From IMG/VR virus record IMGVR_UViG_3300035698_026597: a DNA stretch of 64,000 nt; one strand, written 5' to 3'. The notes beneath the pieces are model-generated. The model worked only from the letters and a program-made list of their open reading frames with translations. It had not been told where the DNA came from and did not search any database. Source of the stretch: an uncultured virus (IMG/VR IMGVR_UViG_3300035698_026597). Its lineage: Duplodnaviria; Heunggongvirae; Uroviricota; Caudoviricetes. Position 1 is the stretch's first letter. Each line of letters opens with the position of its first letter. A program made the position numbers and the translations under genes. Shown in pieces: positions 9,114 through 16,949 of this stretch.

Positions 9114-10868
9114 ATGGCAGATATAGCAAATATAAGAAAAGAGATTACAAACAACCTTAACGTCATTAAGGCGAATTCTAAGGTTGTGGAAGATGTCGAG
9201 CAAGAGCTTGACATGATGGAAGTAACAGATCATCTTGATGGAAGATCTAACTTAGAGGTCTTTTATGAAGTATGGCAAAGTCACAAAGGAGAGAGCGGGG
9301 ACGAGAACAAGGTTAATAGCTGGACGGCTTGGGCTCTTGGGATGACAGGTAAAAAGCCTGATGGCGATTTCATGCCAGAACGTAGAGCGTTCGCTAGGGC
9401 AGGATTCCCTGATGTTGATATGGACTTCGAGTTTTTCAGGAGAGGGGAAATATATGACTATTTAATTGAGAAGTATGGTAGAGCTAATGTAGGAAATATA
9501 GGAACTTATGGTGGCTTAAAACTAAGGTCTGCTGTACGTAGAATTGGAAAAGCGATTGATATTGGTGATGCGTGGTTTCAAGGTAAAGATCAGTACACGT
9601 CAATTAATGAAGCTTTAGTTACTGAGGTTATTAGATCGCTACCGTTCCACACTGGAGCTATCCTGAAAGTTGGTGATGTAACTATCAAGACTATTCAGGA
9701 TGCATACGATCATTGTCCCGGTTTTAGGGATGAAATTCAAAAGTACCCTGACATTCTTAGACATTCAAAGAATATTGAAGGGCTACTCACAATTTTTGGA
9801 ACGCATGCGGCTGGCATTGTCATAGGCGATGAGCCCCTAGAACACATCGCCCCCCTACGAAGAGCCAGGAAACTTGAGTACTCTACTCAGTACGCCTATG
9901 AGGATCTAGAACAACTAGGTCTTATTAAATTTGATATACTTGCCTTAAGCACCTTATCTGTGATTAAGGAAGCCATCAAACTTGTTAAAAATAATTATGG
10001 TATAGAAATCGATATGCGAAATATCGATCTTAAAGATGAAGAAACTTTAGCTTTGTATCGCACTGGGAGATTGAAAGGAGTCTTCCAGTGCGAGACAAAG
10101 CCTATGCAGCAAACGATGATGGATATCGGGGTAGATAATTTTAGAGATGTAATTGCAGCAATCGCACTTTTCCGTCCAGGCCCGATGGTCTCTATCCCTG
10201 AGTATTGTGCCAGGAAACGAGGCGAAAAAGAGATAGACTATTTCCACCCGTCCATTGAGAAGAAGGTAAAGAAGTATCTAGAAGGCACATACGGAGTCCT
10301 CACTTATCAAGAACAGGTCATGCAGATTGTAAATGCTTTGGCCGGTTTCTCTATCAATGATGGCTATGTAATGATTAAGGCTATTGGCAAAAAGAAAAAG
10401 AATTTGATGGATAAGTTTGCAAAGCAATTCATATCTGGTTGCGTGAAAAATAAAGTACCCCAGGGAGTCGCAGAACAATATTGGGAGAGGTTCATCACGC
10501 CGTTTGCTTCGTATGGCTTTAACCTTTGTCTGGATGGTGAATCAATTTTATGGGACCAGACTCATAAGAGATATATTACTATTGAGAAAGCCTACGAGTT
10601 TTATAAGGGAGGCATAGAGGCTAAGAGTATAAAACTAAAATCATTATGCGGTGACAAGATTGTCGATGATGTTGTTGTTGATATATTCTGTACAGGAGAA
10701 AAAGAAGTATATGAAATCGTACTTGATAATGATTTCGTCATTAAGTGTACTGCTGATCATAAGTTTATATGTGCTGATGGTGAAATGCATACAGTTCAGG
10801 ATATAATAGATGAGTGTCTAGAAATCATGTATTTTGAGGAAGGAGACCATGGTTGCAAAGTAGAATAA
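9114..10868 (+). CDS. dnaE: DNA polymerase III alpha subunit, fragment 2 (palm/thumb/fingers) fused to N-terminal half of a split intein
   Basis: FPDVDMDF, THAAGIVI, LIKFDILAL, GVFQCE, ALFRPGP, TYGVLTYQEQVM, SYGFNL followed by intein block A CLDGES. Confidence 0.95.
   Translation: MADIANIRKEITNNLNVIKANSKVVEDVEQELDMMEVTDHLDGRSNLEVFYEVWQSHKGESGDENKVNSWTAWALGMTGKKPDGDFMPERRAFARAGFPDVDMDFEFFRRGEIYDYLIEKYGRANVGNIGTYGGLKLRSAVRRIGKAIDIGDAWFQGKDQYTSINEALVTEVIRSLPFHTGAILKVGDVTIKTIQDAYDHCPGFRDEIQKYPDILRHSKNIEGLLTIFGTHAAGIVIGDEPLEHIAPLRRARKLEYSTQYAYEDLEQLGLIKFDILALSTLSVIKEAIKLVKNNYGIEIDMRNIDLKDEETLALYRTGRLKGVFQCETKPMQQTMMDIGVDNFRDVIAAIALFRPGPMVSIPEYCARKRGEKEIDYFHPSIEKKVKKYLEGTYGVLTYQEQVMQIVNALAGFSINDGYVMIKAIGKKKKNLMDKFAKQFISGCVKNKVPQGVAEQYWERFITPFASYGFNLCLDGESILWDQTHKRYITIEKAYEFYKGGIEAKSIKLKSLCGDKIVDDVVVDIFCTGEKEVYEIVLDNDFVIKCTADHKFICADGEMHTVQDIIDECLEIMYFEEGDHGCKVE
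10527..10865 (+). mobile_element. Split intein N-half (IntN, 113 aa)
   Basis: Starts with Cys after GFNL; GEKEVYEIVLDN..VIKCTADHKF (block B TxDH); acidic; ends at a stop with no C-terminal splicing motif. Confidence 0.92.
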
Positions 10869-10888
10869 GTATAATAGGAGGAGTGACC

Positions 10889-11998
10889 ATGAACAGAAAG
10901 TTAGAGTTGAGCATTGAGCAATATAGAGAATTAAGAAGAATGTATTTTCTTAAAAAGCCAATTTCAGATATTGTAAAAACATGTAATGTCACTAGACATT
11001 TCTTGTATAGATTGATATCTGAATGTGATTGGAACATAAAAAGGCATAGATATTTTTTATATCTGGTGAATTATGCTTACAGTCACAAGATGTCTATAAA
11101 ATCAATCTCTGAAAAAACGGGGATAAAAGTTAATACTTTGCATATAGTAAAGCGCAAATATGAGATATTAACAAAGCGTTTTGATATAGCAAATAAAAGA
11201 TTGACCAAGCAGATTGAAGACAGGATGGTTGTAGATTACCTGAAAGGTGAGAGTGCATTAACTGTTGCAAATAAATATGGTTTTAAGACGGCAAAAACTG
11301 TGTTTGACGTTTTGAAAGACGAAGGTATAGGAAGGCGATTGCCGGCTAAGCAAACTAATTACAATTTAGATTATTTTGAAGTTATAGATAGTGAAGACAA
11401 AGCTTATGTCTTAGGGTTTCTTCTAACAGACGGTTATATAATCAAAGACTATGCTGGTTTCTCAATACAACTAATGATTGATGATAAATATATTTTAGAT
11501 GAGATGGCTAAGTTGTTAGGACCCTCGACTAGTGTTATTCATATCGATTGTAAGCATAAACGCCTTTCTATACCAAATGCAAAAGATATGGCTAGATTGT
11601 CTGTGCATAATAGGTATATGTCTGGATGCCTGCGAAGTTTAGAAGTCGTAAGGAGAAAAAGCAAAATACTGGAGTTTCCACTATTAGTTCCGGCAAAATT
11701 TCATGCAGGACTTTGTAGGGGGATCTGGGATGGAGATGGCACAATCGGGATAGCTAAAACGAAAAATATATGGTGTAAATTTGTGACAGCTTCTGATAAA
11801 TTTGCTTTAGGTTTTGTTTCGAACATAAAAGCACCTGTTTCTTTTAAGGCTTATACATCACAGGATGGAGGCATTCACAAGGTCAGGGTAATAGGTGGGA
11901 ACCCGGAAACTATAAAGTTTTTGCGTTGGATATATAAGAATAAAGGCAATCTTTTTTTGAGACGAAAATATGATAAAGTGCAAAATCAAATTGTGTAG
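10889..11998 (+). CDS. Free-standing LAGLIDADG homing endonuclease with N-terminal HTH-like region
   Basis: KAYVLGFLLTDGYI and LCRGIWDGDGTI; AGGAGG RBS before ATG 10889. Confidence 0.9.
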   Translation: MNRKLELSIEQYRELRRMYFLKKPISDIVKTCNVTRHFLYRLISECDWNIKRHRYFLYLVNYAYSHKMSIKSISEKTGIKVNTLHIVKRKYEILTKRFDIANKRLTKQIEDRMVVDYLKGESALTVANKYGFKTAKTVFDVLKDEGIGRRLPAKQTNYNLDYFEVIDSEDKAYVLGFLLTDGYIIKDYAGFSIQLMIDDKYILDEMAKLLGPSTSVIHIDCKHKRLSIPNAKDMARLSVHNRYMSGCLRSLEVVRRKSKILEFPLLVPAKFHAGLCRGIWDGDGTIGIAKTKNIWCKFVTASDKFALGFVSNIKAPVSFKAYTSQDGGIHKVRVIGGNPETIKFLRWIYKNKGNLFLRRKYDKVQNQIV

Positions 11999-12117
11999 GG
12001 ATACCTAGAAAGGACCAAAAATGTTAGAATATGATAAGCTTCTAAAACCCAAACGTGTAGGGATATCGAGAAAGGGACTAAAAATGTTAGAAAATGATAA
12101 ACTTCTGAAACCCAAAC
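11993..12117 (+). repeat. Imperfect 62/63-bp tandem duplication covering the RBS and start codon of the Dam-family gene
   Basis: GTGTAGGGATA..AGAAAGG(G)AC.AAAAATGTTAGAA.ATGATAA.CTTCT.AAACCCAAAC at 11993-12054 and 12055-12117; protein shows MLEYDKLLKPK and MLENDKLLKPK. Confidence 0.92.
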
Positions 12118-12977
12118 TTAATAGTCGAAAAAAGAAAAACAACGGGAACAAGATAAAGCCATTTCTGAAATGGGCAGGTGGGAAACTAAGAATAGTTGAA
12201 ATTCTTAAAAAGCGATTTCCGAAAACAGGAAAACGATTTATAGAACCATTCCTAGGTGCAGGTGCAGTTTCGCTTAATGTTGATTATCCATTATATATCG
12301 TCAATGATGTTAACCCAGATCTGATGTTAGTATGGAATAATTTCAAAATAATGGGGATGGATTTTGTGGAAAAATGTAAGAAACTGTTTTCTATCGAGAA
12401 TAACAATCGGGATGTTTTTAATAGGCTTAAGAAAGAGTTCAATAACACTAATAACAAACTACGAAAGGCAACATTGTTCGTATATTTGAATAGACATTGT
12501 TTTAACGGGTTGTGCAGATATAACGGAAGTGGCGAGTATAATGTTCCGTTCGGCAAATATGAAAAGCCATATTTTCCGTCAAACGAGTTCGAGAAATCTC
12601 ATGAAAAGGTAAATAAATTTCAGATATATAATAAAGACTTTCGAGATATCTTTGATTTGGTTCGAAAAGATGATGTTGTATATTGTGATCCACCATATCT
12701 CCCTATGTCTGAATCCGCTAGCTTTAATAGTTACTCGACCGGTGGTTTTTCTCTTAAAGACCAAATAGAACTTGCCCAATGTGCAGAGATCGCGGCGCGT
12801 CAAGGCGCAGTTGTCATTGTTTCTAATCATAGTAATTGGTACTCGCGACAGATATATACGAACCTACATAAAGGCAAGATTTCTACGATTCAAGTCTCTA
12901 GAACTATTAGCAGCAAAACGAATAAAAGGAATTCTGTTGGAGAGATAATCGCGGTTTTTAATAAGGAAACTTTATAA
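12021..12977 (+). CDS. dam: Dam-family (D12 class) DNA adenine methyltransferase
   Basis: LKWAGGK, EPFLGAGAV, LNRHCFNGLCRYN..G.YNVPFG, YCDPPY; alternative start at 12084. Confidence 0.95.
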   Translation: MLEYDKLLKPKRVGISRKGLKMLENDKLLKPKLNSRKKKNNGNKIKPFLKWAGGKLRIVEILKKRFPKTGKRFIEPFLGAGAVSLNVDYPLYIVNDVNPDLMLVWNNFKIMGMDFVEKCKKLFSIENNNRDVFNRLKKEFNNTNNKLRKATLFVYLNRHCFNGLCRYNGSGEYNVPFGKYEKPYFPSNEFEKSHEKVNKFQIYNKDFRDIFDLVRKDDVVYCDPPYLPMSESASFNSYSTGGFSLKDQIELAQCAEIAARQGAVVIVSNHSNWYSRQIYTNLHKGKISTIQVSRTISSKTNKRNSVGEIIAVFNKETL

Positions 12978-13630
12978 TGAAAAGTAGAAACAAAAATGCG
13001 AAGTTGGATTATGCATCTTTCGTCACTGCAATTATAGAGGCAGAAAACTCGGATGCAAAAGGAAAAAGTGCGGCAGGTCGGTCTGGCAAAATGTTTGAAC
13101 ATGTAGTTTGCGCTTTGAAACAATTGGGTTTCGAACGTTATACGAACAAAGAGTACGAGGAATTGTCTATTGAGAAAAGGCTGCCAAATCGCTACATAAT
13201 ATGTAACGTTCCATATTTTAGTTTGCTAAAAAAGAAGGCAGAAGAATATGGGATTAAGCGTAGAGCGGGGTCATGTCGAACTGAATTTGTTATTGTTGCC
13301 AATGACGCTATTTCGACTGAAGAATTTCCTACTAATGGTGAGCCATTGAAAATTAGAGTTGAGTGTAAATGGCAGGGAGGTCCAGGCACCACTCAGAAAA
13401 AATTAGCACATACAGTAATAGATTTACAATATGGTGGTTCTCTAGAAAATAACGCAATTTTGCTAATGGACGGAGCGGGGTTCGATGAAGCCATGCATTT
13501 ATTAATTAGCGAACTTTGTGAGGATGGTGTTTCTTGGAAACGTGCACCGGAAGTGGAACCTAAAAGAATTCGTAAAATGCGTCTGAATGATTTTGCGGAC
13601 TGGGCGACCGCCGCATTCGGTAATGGTTAA
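12977..13630 (+). CDS. PD-(D/E)XK nuclease, putative restriction endonuclease partner of the methylase
   Basis: G..FE helix, RTEFVI...RVECKWQ..PGT..KKL...LLMDG.GF; TAATG coupling to dam. Confidence 0.7.
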   Translation: MKSRNKNAKLDYASFVTAIIEAENSDAKGKSAAGRSGKMFEHVVCALKQLGFERYTNKEYEELSIEKRLPNRYIICNVPYFSLLKKKAEEYGIKRRAGSCRTEFVIVANDAISTEEFPTNGEPLKIRVECKWQGGPGTTQKKLAHTVIDLQYGGSLENNAILLMDGAGFDEAMHLLISELCEDGVSWKRAPEVEPKRIRKMRLNDFADWATAAFGNG

Positions 13631-13639
13631 TAATTAACT

Positions 13640-13771
13640 ATGATAAAGTGTAAAGTAAAATCAATTAAATCGTTAGGTACTAAAAAAACCTATAATTTAA
13701 TGATGGCTTCCGATCAGCACAACTATGCTATTACGGATCCTGAGAACGCGGGGTTTGTTATAAGCGCAAAT
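13640..13771 (+). mobile_element. Split intein C-half (IntC, 44 aa)
   Basis: MIKCKVKSIKSLGTKKTYNL....QHNY........GFVISAN|S: blocks F and G, basic, terminal Asn, +1 Ser. Confidence 0.92.
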
Positions 13772-14335
13772 TCCCATTCCTGTTGTTACGGCTACATATC
13801 TTTCGTTACAGCATACATAAAAGCTCACTATCCAGACGAGTTCTTCTGCGCATTACTTAACGTAGAGAACAGTAGAAAGAATCACGACAAGATCGAGGTT
13901 GTAGAGTCGGATGCCAAAAAGTTTGGGATCGTTCTTGCCGATAAGGATCTTAACAAGTGCAAAGTCGAGTACGTTATATCGTCAAAGAAGGATCTTGCGG
14001 CAGGCGTGACTTGCACAGTTATTACTCCTAGCTTGATGGTTAAAGGCATAGGATTGGATTCATCCAAGGAGCTTGGACGTAAGGCACCGTACAAGAGTCT
14101 GAGAGACATCTCATATCGAGCAGATACGAAGCTAGTAGATCTTGATGTAATAGGGTGTTTGGTAGACGCAGGTTTCTTTGATAAGCAGTTTAGAAAAGCG
14201 AAAAAGAAGAAGAGATCCCTAACTAAAGAAGCGTTTCGTGCTGGGCTTCTCAAGAAGTTCAAGCAAATGAGAGACGACCAGCGGAAAGCTTTCGGAAGAG
14301 GGGTTGATTCAGGCGATATATTTGGTGACGAATAG
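13640..14335 (+). CDS. dnaE: Split intein C-half fused to DNA polymerase III alpha fragment 3 (rest of fingers, HhH)
   Basis: 44-aa IntC ending ...FVISAN, then SHSCCYGYISFVTAYIKAHYPDEFFCALLN and VKGIG (HhH); no OB fold. Confidence 0.93.
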   Translation: MIKCKVKSIKSLGTKKTYNLMMASDQHNYAITDPENAGFVISANSHSCCYGYISFVTAYIKAHYPDEFFCALLNVENSRKNHDKIEVVESDAKKFGIVLADKDLNKCKVEYVISSKKDLAAGVTCTVITPSLMVKGIGLDSSKELGRKAPYKSLRDISYRADTKLVDLDVIGCLVDAGFFDKQFRKAKKKKRSLTKEAFRAGLLKKFKQMRDDQRKAFGRGVDSGDIFGDE

Positions 14336-14350
14336 TCAAAGGAGAGCATC

Positions 14351-14680
14351 ATGCCAGAAGGCGAGAAAAAGAAACGAGTAGGTCGAATAAGTAAGTCTAT
14401 TGAGCGTATTTACAATATCGCGCCATACGAAAGCTTGAAAATCACAGTAAGGCTTGAAGAAGATATTGAGTGGGGTACTCTCAAAGAGAGACAGAAGAAG
14501 TCTGCTAATTGGACAAAGATTCTTACACAAGATTTCAATGATACGGCAACAGGCGTCTTCAAAGACCAGAATGTGTCGGAGCATAAAGTCTTTCATAAAA
14601 ACTCGGCAGTAGAAAAAGATGGTTCGAAAGATTTGAACGATCTGGACGCCGAAGAACTTGATGGGATCGACGGGATTTAG
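14351..14680 (+). CDS. Hypothetical protein
   Basis: AAGGAG RBS, 109 aa. Confidence 0.7.
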   Translation: MPEGEKKKRVGRISKSIERIYNIAPYESLKITVRLEEDIEWGTLKERQKKSANWTKILTQDFNDTATGVFKDQNVSEHKVFHKNSAVEKDGSKDLNDLDAEELDGIDGI

Positions 14681-14689
14681 AGTGAAATA

Positions 14690-16066
14690 ATGGTAGACCT
14701 AGACGAAGTTAAAGACCTATTTGATTTGCCAATTGAGAAAGCGGATGGTGATGATAGAAAGAAGAAAAAGGATGGCGAAGGTACTAGCGATGTCTACGGT
14801 CAAAATGATGCTAGTGATATAGATGCCAAAGCTTCTTTCGAGGACAAGGCAAAAGAACTAGAAGATATTATGGGTCTGGCGGGGGTATCGGATGGTGTTG
14901 CTGTTGCTGAAACGTCTGTTGTTGAAGAACCTACTTCAGAAGCCGTAGGGGCGGAGGTCAGGGAAGATCCGCTTGAAGCGATCTCATCAGCCGTAGAGGA
15001 GGTTCGAGATACGATTAATTCGGACCTTGGATTGGAAGGATCGGATGATGAGGATAGTGGGCAGCTTAGCCTCTTCCCTGAGGAGGGGGATGGGGAGGGA
15101 AAGGAGCCATCGCAGGAGGAGTCGGATTCGTCCGAGGAGAATGACGATGGAGCACAGGCAGCAGAGACGGGTGACGAACCGAGTGGGGAGGTGGACTCGG
15201 ATCAAGAGGAACCCGTCTCTGCGCCTGTTGCTGTAGAACCAGAGCCTGCATCTATGCCAATCGTTCCACTACCAGAAAATTACGATGAGATTCTTGAGTC
15301 ACAAGAAGAGAAAGTCGTTGTAAGCGATGATGATTATGGGCTTCCAGGTGGCGAGTACGAATGGATGGCGAAAAGCAAAGCACCAAAGTACGATGTTTTC
15401 TACGAGAAGAAAAGATACATTATAAAGAAGTGTTGCATCTGGGGGCAGATACCATTTAGCTCATGGAGAAAAGAGCTTAGGGATAGCGCCGTAGATGTCT
15501 CGGTGCCTTCTTATGATGCTGTAGAGATACAGGAGAAGATGCAGCTAGCGCATAAGTTCAGGGAAAGGATTAAGGAGATGCAGACCCAGATAGTTTCTCA
15601 ACACTTCATGTGGAAGAGAGCTATTGTGATGATGAGAGGGAGTTTGGCTAGGGTCGAATCAGACAAGCCTGTCATCAAACAAGAGGGTGTCTATTACGAA
15701 CATATGAATGATATTGAACTCTACTTTGCAGAAGTAGAGGGTATAAATGACGTAGCCGAGAAGGTGAACAAAACACTTGAATCTGCCTTTGAATGCTTGT
15801 CTAGACAGGTGACTATCAACCTCCCGCTGAAGCCAGTCGAAAGAAAATCATACGAAGAAGAGCCCAAAATGATTATACATGGCATAACTATTGATCCGGG
15901 CAGCACTTTGAAAGTAAAAAAAAGTGTAAAAAAAGATGATTTTGATGACATGGATGGTTTACCTTTGAAGGGTGATGTGCCGATAACAAGTAATAGTAAT
16001 GCAGACAGTGAACCTGCTACTACATCTGGTCCAAAATCTGTTGGTTTGGATGAAATTGTAGTTTGA
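14690..16066 (+). CDS. Large acidic protein with coiled-coil region and QLSLF motif
   Basis: D/E-rich N-half, helical C-half; QLSLF at 15062-15076. Confidence 0.7.
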   Translation: MVDLDEVKDLFDLPIEKADGDDRKKKKDGEGTSDVYGQNDASDIDAKASFEDKAKELEDIMGLAGVSDGVAVAETSVVEEPTSEAVGAEVREDPLEAISSAVEEVRDTINSDLGLEGSDDEDSGQLSLFPEEGDGEGKEPSQEESDSSEENDDGAQAAETGDEPSGEVDSDQEEPVSAPVAVEPEPASMPIVPLPENYDEILESQEEKVVVSDDDYGLPGGEYEWMAKSKAPKYDVFYEKKRYIIKKCCIWGQIPFSSWRKELRDSAVDVSVPSYDAVEIQEKMQLAHKFRERIKEMQTQIVSQHFMWKRAIVMMRGSLARVESDKPVIKQEGVYYEHMNDIELYFAEVEGINDVAEKVNKTLESAFECLSRQVTINLPLKPVERKSYEEEPKMIIHGITIDPGSTLKVKKSVKKDDFDDMDGLPLKGDVPITSNSNADSEPATTSGPKSVGLDEIVV

Positions 16067-16157
16067 GTGATGTAGTACTGGTTTACAATAAAGCCTAATT
16101 GGCGATTGTAGTACACGGTTAACTAGGGCGAAGCCCGAAACAAGAAGGAGTCATAAC

Positions 16158-16880
16158 ATGGCAGAGAAAGTAAGTTGGGACACGTGGAACAAGGATTCAA
16201 AACTTCCTCCAGTTCAAGGTAGCGGAGGATCAGGGGACGGGAATCAAAAGGAATTTAAACCTCTCAAGTTTATCCGGTTCAAGGGCGGTAAGACGTACAA
16301 GATCAGACCCCTCTCTAAGGCAGTAGTCTTCTATAAGTACACCATTCCTCACAGCGGTGGATTCAGATCTGCTATCTGTGAAGACCCGAGGACATGCCCG
16401 GTCTTTTTGAAGCACAAGCTTCGCCCCTCGGAGCGCTATGCTATCAACGTAATTGATAGAGAAGACGGTGAGATCAAGATCATGGAAGCCCCGAAGTCTA
16501 TCTTCTCGAAATTCCATGATTATTGGGAGCACACTGGAATCAACCCTGGCAAAACCAAGGGCGCTGATTTCGAGATCAAATCAACAGGTGAAGGTAAGGA
16601 CAGACGTTATGAAACGCACTTTACCGGACGCAACACGTTGACGCCAGAAGAGCGGCAGCTAGTGAAGCAGCAAGGGCTGTACGAATTGGAGCGTATCTTC
16701 AAGGTCACTCCAGCCGATGAAATCGAAGCAAAGCTTTTCGGTGAAGAAGCCGTAAAGGAAGAGCAAAGCAGCAAGCCGAAGAACGACGTAGAAGAAACCG
16801 ATCTTCTCGACGACGACGATGACCTAGATACAGAATCATTTGATGACGATGACGATCTAGGCGACGATCTCGACATCTAA
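16158..16880 (+). CDS. Single-stranded DNA-binding protein (gp32-like phage family)
   Basis: KIRPL...C...CPV...RYAINVIDREDG.IKIME...G.DF.I...G.G...RY; long acidic tail; directly upstream of recA. Confidence 0.8.
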   Translation: MAEKVSWDTWNKDSKLPPVQGSGGSGDGNQKEFKPLKFIRFKGGKTYKIRPLSKAVVFYKYTIPHSGGFRSAICEDPRTCPVFLKHKLRPSERYAINVIDREDGEIKIMEAPKSIFSKFHDYWEHTGINPGKTKGADFEIKSTGEGKDRRYETHFTGRNTLTPEERQLVKQQGLYELERIFKVTPADEIEAKLFGEEAVKEEQSSKPKNDVEETDLLDDDDDLDTESFDDDDDLGDDLDI

Positions 16881-16894
16881 GTGTTACGTTGTTT

Positions 16895-16933
16895 AGATAG
16901 CGCTCTTCTTTCATAGGGGAGCGCTATCTTTTT
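16895..16933 (+). terminator. Rho-independent terminator after SSB gene
   Basis: AGATAGCGCTCTTCT-TTCAT-AGGGGAGCGCTATCT followed by T run. Confidence 0.85.
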
Positions 16934-16949
16934 ACCCAAGGAGAATCAT

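Noticed and set aside
11993..12117. Mini-CRISPR array
   Set aside because: Two adjacent imperfect units with no spacers.
5764..14335. dnaE fragments as a pseudogene, stop-codon recoding or group I/II intron products
   Set aside because: Fragments are intact with their own starts and are separated by several complete genes; all three stop codons end genes normally elsewhere; I saw no intron core or reverse transcriptase, although RNA splicing at the first break is not formally excluded.
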